Translations under genes and position numbers: made by a program
In this document: piece by piece, positions 36,296 to 43,441 of the stretch
Position numbering within the stretch: the first letter of the stretch is position 1
Layout: the number at the start of each line of letters is the position of its first letter
NCBI GenBank assembly: GCA_001464815.1
Contig: LNDW01000022.1
Span: forward strand, 76,290-140,289
Direction: 5' to 3'
DNA from: Betaproteobacteria bacterium Ga0077527
GTDB taxonomy: Bacteria > Pseudomonadota > Gammaproteobacteria > Burkholderiales > SG8-41
DNA length: 64,000 nucleotides
The notes under the pieces: generated by a model
The model's input: the letters and a program-made list of their open reading frames with translations, nothing else
Database searches by the model: none
Told to the model about the DNA's origin: nothing

Positions 36296-37999
36296 ATGGG
36301 CCGTCCCGAAAAAATCAGGCTGGGCGAAATTCTGGTGCAGCAGAAACTGCTCAGCGACGAGCAGCTGAAGGCTTCGCTCGACGAGCAGAAAAAAACCGGC
36401 CGCCGGCTCGGCCGTGTATTCATCGAGCTCGGCTTCATCACCGAAGAGCAGATTTCCAAGGCACTCGCGCGTCAGCTCGGTGCCGACTACATCGACCTCA
36501 GGCAATACAACATCCGCCGCGAGGTGGTGGCGAAGCTGCCGGAAACCCAGGCGCGGCGCTTCCGCGCGATGGTGCTCGAGGATCGCGGCAGCGCCTGGCT
36601 GGTCGGCATGGCCGATCCGACCGACCTCAATGCCTACGACGACATCGTGCGCGTGCTGAAGCGCGACATCGAGCTCGCGGTGGTCACCGAAACCGAGCTG
36701 CTGCGTGCGATTGACCGCAGTTACCGCCGTACCGAGGAAATCAGCGGCCTCGCCCAGGAACTGCAGGCCGAGATGGGTGATTCGAACGCCGTCGACTTCG
36801 GCGTGCTGGCGACCACGCCCGGGCTGGAAGAGGCGCCGGTGGTCAAGCTGCTGCAGACCGTGTTCGAGGATGCGACGCAGGCGCGGGCCTCCGACATCCA
36901 CATCGAACCGCAGGAACGCCGGCTGCAGATCCGCTTCCGCATCGACGGCGTGCTGCATCTGCAGACCGAGGCCGACAGCAAGATCGCCTCGGCCGTGGTG
37001 CTGCGCCTGAAGCTGATGTCGGGCCTCGACATCGCCGAAAAGCGCATGCCGCAGGACGGCCGTTTCAACATCAAGGTGCGCGGTGCCGCGATCGACGTGC
37101 GGATTTCGACGATGCCCACCCAGTACGGCGAATCGATAGTGATGCGCCTGCTCAACCAGGGCGGCGGCCTGCTCGGCCTCGAAGTCATCGGCATGCCGGC
37201 GGCGATGCTCGACAAGCTGCGCGAGGTGATCCAGCGCCCCAGTGGCATGGTGCTGGTCACCGGACCCACCGGCAGCGGCAAGACCACCACGCTGTATGCC
37301 GCGCTGAACGAACTGAACACTCCCGAGCGCAAGATCATCACCGTCGAGGATCCGGTCGAATACCGGCTGCCCGGCATCAACCAGGTGCAGGTCAACGAGA
37401 AGATCGAACTCACCTTCGACCGTGTGCTGCGCTCCGCGCTGCGCCAGGACCCCGACGTGGTGCTGGTCGGCGAGATGCGCGACGAGCAGACGGTGGAGAC
37501 CGGCCTGCGCGCCGCGATGACCGGCCACATGGTATTTTCGACGCTGCACACCAACGATGCGGTGAGTACGCCGGTGCGCCTGCTCGACATGGGTGCGCCG
37601 CGCTACATGGTCGCGCTGTCGCTGCAGCTGGTTGTGGCGCAGCGCCTGGTGCGTGTGGTCTGCGACAACTGCGCCGAGGTTCACACCCCGCTGCCCGGCG
37701 AGCACGAGTGGCTGAAAAGCGAGCTCGGTGATGCCGTCGACAGCCATCGCTACCGCCGCGGCCGCGGCTGCTCGTACTGCAACAACACCGGCTTCGTCGG
37801 CCGCACCGGTGTCTACGAAATGCTCGAGATGACCCGCCCGGTGGTCGAGGCCGCGAACCGCGACGATCTGGCGCAGTTGATGAAGGTTGCACGCGAGCAG
37901 ATCGGCCGCGCCACGCTGCGCCACCATGCCGCCGAGCTCGCCGCCGCAGGCCGCACCACGCCGGACGAGGCGATGCGGGTCAGCAGCCAGCTCGAATAA
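36296..37999 (+). CDS. mshE: MSHA-type pilus extension ATPase (GspE/PilB family) with MshEN-type c-di-GMP-binding N-domain
   Basis: Track ORF starts at GTG 36242; I prefer the ATG at 36296. Tandem N-terminal motifs are RLGEILVQQKLLSDEQLKASLDEQ and RLGRVFIELGFITEEQISKALARQ. Walker A GPTGSGKTTT, Asp box ITVEDPVEY, Walker B VVLVGEMRD, His box FSTLHTND, Cys pairs CDNC and CSYC. Confidence 0.9.
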   Translation: MGRPEKIRLGEILVQQKLLSDEQLKASLDEQKKTGRRLGRVFIELGFITEEQISKALARQLGADYIDLRQYNIRREVVAKLPETQARRFRAMVLEDRGSAWLVGMADPTDLNAYDDIVRVLKRDIELAVVTETELLRAIDRSYRRTEEISGLAQELQAEMGDSNAVDFGVLATTPGLEEAPVVKLLQTVFEDATQARASDIHIEPQERRLQIRFRIDGVLHLQTEADSKIASAVVLRLKLMSGLDIAEKRMPQDGRFNIKVRGAAIDVRISTMPTQYGESIVMRLLNQGGGLLGLEVIGMPAAMLDKLREVIQRPSGMVLVTGPTGSGKTTTLYAALNELNTPERKIITVEDPVEYRLPGINQVQVNEKIELTFDRVLRSALRQDPDVVLVGEMRDEQTVETGLRAAMTGHMVFSTLHTNDAVSTPVRLLDMGAPRYMVALSLQLVVAQRLVRVVCDNCAEVHTPLPGEHEWLKSELGDAVDSHRYRRGRGCSYCNNTGFVGRTGVYEMLEMTRPVVEAANRDDLAQLMKVAREQIGRATLRHHAAELAAAGRTTPDEAMRVSSQLE

Positions 38000-38019
38000 A
38001 CGCGGGAGCAACCGACGCC

Positions 38020-39249
38020 ATGCCGTTTTTCAGCTACAGGGGACGCGACGGCCGCGGCAGCGCGGTGCAGGGCGTGCTCGAGGGTGCTGACAGCGGCGCC
38101 GTGGCCGGTGTGCTCTCAGGCATGGGTATCGTGCCGCTCGACATCCAGCCGGCGGCGCCACCCCGCGCGCGGTTTGACTGGCGCGCAAACCTGTTTGGTG
38201 GCGGCAAGGTCAGTCATACCGAGGTGCTGCTGTTCAGCCGCCAGATGTACACGCTGCTCAAGGCCGGCGTGCCGATCATGGGTGCGCTGAAGGGTCTGGA
38301 GGAATCCACGCAGAACGCGGGTTTTGCCGCGGTGGTGCGCGACATCCGCGAGCACCTCGACAGCGGCCACGAGCTGAGTCTGTGCCTGGCGCGGCATCCG
38401 AAGGTGTTTTCGGGGTTCTACACCGCGATGGTCGGTGTCGGCGAGCAGACCGGCCGCCTCGAGGAGGTGTTCCTGCGCCTGTTCGAGCATCTCGAGTTCG
38501 AGAAATTCATGCGCGAGCAGATCAAGGCCGCGCTGCGTTATCCGGGCTTTGTGGTGGCGACGATGGCGGTGGCGATCGTGGTCATCAACATTTTCGTGAT
38601 TCCCGCCTTCGCCAAGGTCTACAAGGGCTTCAAGACTGAGCTGCCGCTGATGACGCAGGTGCTGATCGGTTTCTCGAACTTTGTCGCGGCGAACTGGATC
38701 TACATCGCCGCCGCCGTGCTTGCCGCGATCTTCGGCTTCCGCGCCTGGGTCAACACCGCGCGCGGCCGCATGATCTGGGACCGTTTCAAGCTGCGCATTC
38801 CGATCGCCGGACCGATCGTGCTCAAGGCGACACTGGCGCGTTTCGCGCGCAGTTTTTCGATGGCGGCGAGGAGCGGTGTTCCGCTGACCGCGGCGATGTC
38901 GATGGTGGCCGATACCGTCGACAATGTGTTTGTCGCGAGCCGGATCAATGGCATGCGCGAAGGCGTGGAGCGTGGTGAATCGATCCTGCGCACCGCGCGT
39001 GACGCCAGGGTGTTCACCCCGGTGGTGCTGCAGATGATCGCGGTCGGCGAGGAGTCCGGCGCGCTGGATGACCTGACCGGGGAAATCGCCGACCTCTACC
39101 AGCGTGAAGTCGAATATGAAATCAAGAACCTCAGCGCGCAGATCGAGCCGGTGCTGATCATTGCGCTGGGGGTGATGGTGCTGATCCTGGCGCTGGGTGT
39201 GTTCCTGCCGATCTGGGATCTTGGCCAGGCGGCACTCGCCAAGAAATAG
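38020..39249 (+). CDS. mshG: Pilus platform protein (GspF/PilC family)
   Basis: 409 aa, polytopic, with two T2SSF-type repeats (FSRQMYTLLKAGVPI.. and FARSFSMAARSGVPL..). It lies directly after the ATPase gene. Confidence 0.88.
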   Translation: MPFFSYRGRDGRGSAVQGVLEGADSGAVAGVLSGMGIVPLDIQPAAPPRARFDWRANLFGGGKVSHTEVLLFSRQMYTLLKAGVPIMGALKGLEESTQNAGFAAVVRDIREHLDSGHELSLCLARHPKVFSGFYTAMVGVGEQTGRLEEVFLRLFEHLEFEKFMREQIKAALRYPGFVVATMAVAIVVINIFVIPAFAKVYKGFKTELPLMTQVLIGFSNFVAANWIYIAAAVLAAIFGFRAWVNTARGRMIWDRFKLRIPIAGPIVLKATLARFARSFSMAARSGVPLTAAMSMVADTVDNVFVASRINGMREGVERGESILRTARDARVFTPVVLQMIAVGEESGALDDLTGEIADLYQREVEYEIKNLSAQIEPVLIIALGVMVLILALGVFLPIWDLGQAALAKK

Positions 39250-39256
39250 CCGCGGC

Positions 39257-39769
39257 ATGGTGAATGTGTCCGGCACCCGCCGCGGTTTCACCCGTTTCGA
39301 ATTCGCGCTGGTGGTGATTGTTGCCGCGATTCTCGGCGGCGTGTTCCTCGAACGCCTGACTTTTCATCAGGAGGCTGCGGAACACGCCCGATTCCAGACT
39401 GACCTGCAGACCTTCAAAACCGGCCTGCAGATCCGCATGGCCGAACTGATCTCGGCCAATCGCGAGCAGGAATTGCGGCAGCTCGGCCGTACGAGTCCCG
39501 CGCGCTGGCTCGATAAACCGCCGCCGGCCTATGCCGGTGAATACCCTTCACAACCGGAAAACGGCCTCTGGTATTTCGATTCCCGAAGCCATGAACTGGT
39601 TTATGTCCCGGTTTCGACCCGCTTCATCAGTACGGCCGACCGTCGCCGTCCCCTGCAACTGCGTTTTCGCGTGTTGATCACCGGTCAGCCGGTGCTGGCA
39701 CCGGGAGGGCGGGTGGACGGTGTCGCAGGAATAACGCTGGAAGCCACGCCTTATTTTCAGTGGATGTAA
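39257..39769 (+). CDS. mshF: MshF-position protein with prepilin-like N-terminus
   Basis: Track ORF 39197..39769. I prefer the ATG at 39257. N-terminus RRG/FTRFEFALVVIVAAILG has Gly(-1) and Glu(+5). The name is assigned from its position after mshG only. Confidence 0.55.
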   Translation: MVNVSGTRRGFTRFEFALVVIVAAILGGVFLERLTFHQEAAEHARFQTDLQTFKTGLQIRMAELISANREQELRQLGRTSPARWLDKPPPAYAGEYPSQPENGLWYFDSRSHELVYVPVSTRFISTADRRRPLQLRFRVLITGQPVLAPGGRVDGVAGITLEATPYFQWM

Positions 39770-39817
39770 CAGTAAATTAAGCTATACTCCGGCCATAAAT
39801 GCAGTAATATCAATGAC

Positions 39818-40324
39818 ATGCACTCCATTTTAAGTGAAAAAGTTCACACCTTCCGGGACTCCCGGGGGTTCACGCTGATCGAGCTGATAGTGGTCATCAT
39901 CGTGCTGGCCATCCTTGCAGCGACGGCGCTGCCGCGATTCACCAACCTGCAGGTGCAGGCGCGGGTGGCCAAGCTCAATGCCGCGCTGGGTTCGGTCAAG
40001 GCTGCCGCTTCACTGGCCAAGGCCACCTGTCTTGCGCAAACACCGCAATGCACGGCGACAGTGCTGATGGAGGGCGTCAACGTGACCATGGTCAATACCT
40101 ATCCGACGGCCGATGCCGCCGGCATCATCACCGCGGCCGGTCTTACGGTCGGGCCGTCGTCCCCTGACGGCTACAACACCCAGGGTGGCGGTGCTGCGGC
40201 CGGCACCCCGGTCACCGTGATGGTGCTCGGCAACGATCCGCCGAACTGCAGCTTCACCTACACCTCGCCGATCTCGGCCAGCCAAGGGCCGGTCTACGGG
40301 GTGTTGATCACTTCGGGGTGCTGA
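39818..40324 (+). CDS. mshB: Type IV (MSHA-type) pilin, long leader; minor pilin by position
   Basis: 168 aa. The prepilin motif is RG/FTLIELIVVIIVLAILAATALPRF with a 17-aa leader. C-terminal Cys residues are present. It is the first of two adjacent pilin genes. Confidence 0.75.
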   Translation: MHSILSEKVHTFRDSRGFTLIELIVVIIVLAILAATALPRFTNLQVQARVAKLNAALGSVKAAASLAKATCLAQTPQCTATVLMEGVNVTMVNTYPTADAAGIITAAGLTVGPSSPDGYNTQGGGAAAGTPVTVMVLGNDPPNCSFTYTSPISASQGPVYGVLITSGC

Positions 40325-40391
40325 GCCCCGCTTCAACGCGCCGTGGACCTTGGCCGCGGCACTGTGTTTTGCCTAGTGCATGGAGGTTGTC

Positions 40392-40841
40392 ATGAAACAT
40401 CAACAGGGTTTTACGATTATCGAACTGATCGTGGTCATCGTCGTGCTCGGCATTCTTGCCGCGACCGCGATTCCAAGGTTTGCGAACATTGGCACCGAGG
40501 CGCGTATTGCCTCGATGCAGGGCGTGGCCGGCAGCATGAACTCGGCGAAAGAGGTGATTCGCGCCAAGTGGTATGCGGCGGGTTCGACAACGGTTTCCAC
40601 CGTGACTACTGTTGATGGCACTTCGGTGATTGTCACCACCGGCACTGGTACCACCGCCGGTTATCCCACCGCTGCCGGCATGGTCAATGCGCTTAACGTA
40701 AGCGGAAATATTTCCTGCGCGGCCGCCGGAACGGTAACGACTTGCACTCCCTCGGGTTTTGCATCATGTGCCGTGACATATACCGACACCACTGGCGCCG
40801 TTTCGACAGCGGGACTGATCACCGCGAACTGCGGCGGCTGA
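40392..40841 (+). CDS. mshA: Type IV (MSHA-type) major pilin candidate
   Basis: Track ORF 40380..40841. I prefer the ATG at 40392, 5 nt after GGAGG. It has a short leader (MKHQQG/FTIIELIVVIVVLGILAATAIPRF) and a Thr/Ser/Gly-rich globular part with 4 Cys. A strong hairpin follows (40883..40926). Confidence 0.8.
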   Translation: MKHQQGFTIIELIVVIVVLGILAATAIPRFANIGTEARIASMQGVAGSMNSAKEVIRAKWYAAGSTTVSTVTTVDGTSVIVTTGTGTTAGYPTAAGMVNALNVSGNISCAAAGTVTTCTPSGFASCAVTYTDTTGAVSTAGLITANCGG

Positions 40842-40882
40842 GCATAACCTCGCGACCTGCCCGCGACCGCGGGTGATGGTGC

Positions 40883-40926
40883 AACGGGTGAAGGCGGCCA
40901 AGCGCAACCTTCACCCGTTTTGTTTT
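40883..40926 (+). terminator. Strong hairpin/terminator after the major pilin gene
   Basis: AACGGGTGAAGG-(13-nt loop)-CCTTCACCCGTT, a perfect 12-bp stem, followed by TTGTTTT. Confidence 0.7.
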
Positions 40927-40935
40927 GGGTCGACG

Positions 40936-41391
40936 ATGAACCGTTCTCAGCGCAATCAGGGCTTCACGGTAATCGAGCTGGTGGTCACCATTGTCATTGT
41001 GGGTGTACTGGCTGCCGTGGCATTGCCGCGCTTCATCGGCCGCGACAGCTTTGATGCGCGCGGCTTCCATGACAAGGCGGCGGCGATTGTGCGGTTGGCA
41101 CAGAAAACCGCGGTGGCGTGGCGGCGCGATGTGTTTGTCTGTGTCACCGCCACCCAGGTCAGAGCCGGCACGGCGGCCGGCTGCGCAACGCCGTTGGCCA
41201 ATCCGGTGAGCGGTGGCAATGCCGTCGAGATCGCACCCGCCGGGGTAACGCTGAGTGCCGCGAGTTTCAGCTTCGACCGCCTGGGCCGGCCCAGCGCGGC
41301 GACCACCATCACCTTCACCAGCACGATACCCGGCGACATCAACCGCCAGATCAGTGTCGCCGCCGAGACCGGTTATGTCGTCGCCAACTGA
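40936..41391 (+). CDS. mshC: Minor pilin (GspH/FimT-like)
   Basis: Track ORF 40873..41391. I prefer the ATG at 40936. Prepilin motif: NQG/FTVIELVVTIVIVGVLAAVALPRF. Confidence 0.7.
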   Translation: MNRSQRNQGFTVIELVVTIVIVGVLAAVALPRFIGRDSFDARGFHDKAAAIVRLAQKTAVAWRRDVFVCVTATQVRAGTAAGCATPLANPVSGGNAVEIAPAGVTLSAASFSFDRLGRPSAATTITFTSTIPGDINRQISVAAETGYVVAN

Positions 41392-41977
41392 TCCCGGACA
41401 ACGCCGCCAGCGCGGTGTATCGCTGCTGGAGCTGATCCTGTTCATCGTCATCGTCGGCGCCGGCATCGCCGGCGTGCTTGGCGTGTGGCGGGTCACCGCG
41501 CAGGGCAGCGCCGAACCGCTGATCCAGAAGCAGGCGCTGGCCATTGCCGAGGCCTATCTCGAAGAAGTATTGGCGATGCCTTTCACCTACTGCGATCCCG
41601 ACGATGTCCATGCTGCGACCGCCGAATCCGCAGGCGCGGTGAATCCCGCGGATACCACCCGCTGCTCGGCAACGCTGGAGGCCATAGGTGCCGAGCCGGG
41701 CGAAACCCGCGGCAGCGGCACCACGCCCTACGACAACGTCAATGACTACGCGAGTCTCCCCGGCGGAGCGCCAGCCACCATCGACGGCACCGCGATTGGG
41801 GGCCTCGGCGCGTACCAGGTATCGGTGGCCGTGGTGGGGCAGGCGCTGAGCAACGGTGGAGATACCGTTGCCGCCGCCGCGAGCCAGCGCGTCACGGTCA
41901 CGGTCACCGGCCCCGCCAACACCACGGTGACGCTCGACGGCTATCGCACAAGGTATGCCCCCAATGCGCTGCCCTGA
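41375..41977 (+). CDS. mshD: Minor pilin
   Basis: Track ORF 41255..41977. I prefer the ATG at 41375, which overlaps mshC by 17 nt. Prepilin motif: QRG/VSLLELILFIVIVGAGIAG. Confidence 0.65.
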   Translation: MSSPTDPGQRRQRGVSLLELILFIVIVGAGIAGVLGVWRVTAQGSAEPLIQKQALAIAEAYLEEVLAMPFTYCDPDDVHAATAESAGAVNPADTTRCSATLEAIGAEPGETRGSGTTPYDNVNDYASLPGGAPATIDGTAIGGLGAYQVSVAVVGQALSNGGDTVAAAASQRVTVTVTGPANTTVTLDGYRTRYAPNALP

Positions 41978-42794
41978 TCGTCATCCGCGTCAGCGCCAGC
42001 TTGGACTGACCCTGGTCGAGCTGGTGGTGACCATCGTCGTTACCGGCATCATCGCCGCCGGTGTCGCGGTGTTCATCCAGCGTCCGGTCGAGGGTTATAT
42101 CGATGCCGCGCGCCGTGCCGAGCTGACCGACGAGGCCGACACCGCGCTGCGCCGGATCACCCGTGACCTGCGCACCGCGCTGCCCAACAGCATCCGTGTG
42201 GATGGCACAGGCAAGTTTGTCGAATTCATCGAGACCACCGCCGGCGGGCGTTACCGCGCCGAACTCGACAGCGGCGGCGCCGGCAACATCCTCGACTTCA
42301 CCGCTGCGGATACATCGTTTGATGTCATCGGCCCCGCGCCGGTGCTGGCCACCGGCAACCAGATCGTCGTCTACAACCTGAACAGTACCGGCACCACCTC
42401 CAACGCCTACGCCGGCGACAACCGCACCACGCTGACCAGCACCGCGGCGCCGCCAGTGGCCATCACCTCCAAGCTGTTTCCGGAAGGTTCACCGGCGCGG
42501 CGCTTCCATGTGGTCAGCGGCCCGGTCACCTACGGCTGCACCGGCGGCCAGTTGATCCGCTACTCGGGTTATCCCTACAACACTGCGCAGGTCGCGCCGC
42601 CGGTCGGCGGCAGCAGCGCGGTGCTGGCTGGCAATGTTGATGTCGCCAATTGCAGTTTTGTCTACACCGCCGGTTCGCTTGGAGAACGCAGCGGCACGGT
42701 GTCGATGTTGCTCACGCTGGTGCGCAGCGGCGGCGCCGGCTCTCCGGAGCGGGTGCGCCTGTTCCAGCAGGCCCAGGTCAACAACGCGCCATGA
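41955..42794 (+). CDS. mshO: Minor pilin (PilW-like)
   Basis: 279 aa. Prepilin motif: QLG/LTLVELVVTIVVTGIIAAG. An alternative ATG lies at 41964. Confidence 0.65.
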   Translation: MPPMRCPDRHPRQRQLGLTLVELVVTIVVTGIIAAGVAVFIQRPVEGYIDAARRAELTDEADTALRRITRDLRTALPNSIRVDGTGKFVEFIETTAGGRYRAELDSGGAGNILDFTAADTSFDVIGPAPVLATGNQIVVYNLNSTGTTSNAYAGDNRTTLTSTAAPPVAITSKLFPEGSPARRFHVVSGPVTYGCTGGQLIRYSGYPYNTAQVAPPVGGSSAVLAGNVDVANCSFVYTAGSLGERSGTVSMLLTLVRSGGAGSPERVRLFQQAQVNNAP

Positions 42795-43291
42795 ACCAAC
42801 CGCGATCATTCCGCCAGCGCGGTTTCAGCCTGATCACCGCGATTTTCCTGATCGTGGTGTTGGCCGCGCTGGGTGCGTACATGGTGATTTTCACCGGGCT
42901 GCAACAGGCGACGCTGCAGGCCGATGTGCTGGGCGTGCGCGCCTATTACGCGGCACGCGCCGGAGCCGAGTGGGCGATCTACCGCGCGCTTGATCCCGAC
43001 AACACCATCGCGCCGGGCCCGACATCGTTTGCCGCCTGTCCCGGCGGCACCATCAACACGCTGGGCGGCACGCTGTCGCCGTTTACCGTGGTCATCAACT
43101 GCACACCCAGTACCGCCACGGAAGCCGGCAATACCATCAACGTGTATGCAATCACCGCGACGGCCTGCAACAACGCCACCTGTCCGTCGCCCAGCCCGCC
43201 ATCCGGTTACGTGGAACGTCAGATTGCCGTCACTGTGGCCCGTTGCAAGGACCCCGCAGCGGCAGCACCCCGCTACGAGTGCGGATTATAA
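42791..43291 (+). CDS. mshP: Minor pilin-like protein lacking Glu+5 (PilX/GspK-like)
   Basis: Track ORF 42650..43291. I prefer the ATG at 42791, which makes an ATGA overlap with mshO. N-terminus QRG/FSLITAIFLIVVLAALG has Thr at +5. Confidence 0.65.
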   Translation: MNQPRSFRQRGFSLITAIFLIVVLAALGAYMVIFTGLQQATLQADVLGVRAYYAARAGAEWAIYRALDPDNTIAPGPTSFAACPGGTINTLGGTLSPFTVVINCTPSTATEAGNTINVYAITATACNNATCPSPSPPSGYVERQIAVTVARCKDPAAAAPRYECGL

Positions 43292-43293
43292 TG

Positions 43294-43313
43294 TCAATAA
43301 AATCAATTACTTA
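43294..43313 (+). repeat. AT-rich 20-mer TCAATAAAATCAATTACTTA (copy in the mshP-mshQ spacer), containing an IHF-consensus match
   Basis: It matches 8032..8051 at 19/20. Positions 43301..43313 (AATCAATTACTTA) fit the IHF consensus WATCAANNNNTTR, with an A/T tract upstream. Confidence 0.45.
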
Positions 43314-43371
43314 CAATATATTCTCTGATGCCGCATCAAACTGCCCAGTCTGTCCTTGCAGGGCTGGATGC

Positions 43372-43387
43372 CGGCACATAATTTGCA
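43372..43387 (+). promoter_or_regulatory. Sigma-54 (-24/-12) type promoter upstream of mshQ
   Basis: The sequence is cGGCAC-ATAAT-TTGCA against the consensus TGGCAC-N5-TTGCW. The GG-to-GC spacing is correct. It lies 55 nt upstream of the ATG at 43442. Confidence 0.5.
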
Positions 43388-43441
43388 CTGTCCAAACAGC
43401 AGGTGCCGCCATTCGCGGCGCGGGTTGCGGAGACTGAACCG

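Noticed and set aside
36155-38011. 618-aa minus-strand ORF covering all of mshE. Similar long antisense ORFs occur at 6649..7821, 8470..9435, 12876..13913, 13769..14878, 14277..15488, 26736..28055, 38116..39291, 43336..45222, 45254..46345, 47750..48862, 51339..52592, 53349..54446, 59097..60152 and 61795..62757.
   Set aside because: Each is the reverse frame of a gene with clear catalytic or structural motifs. Their translations are low-complexity (R/A/G/P/H-rich) and lack start-site signals. High G+C suppresses stop codons in antisense frames.
40358-40372. Sigma-54-like string GGCAC-N-TTGC upstream of the major pilin gene mshA
   Set aside because: The GG-to-GC distance is one nucleotide too long (13 instead of 12 from first G to the G of GC). 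Sigma-54 promoters tolerate almost no spacing change. It stays a weak possibility only because many type IV pilin genes are RpoN-dependent.
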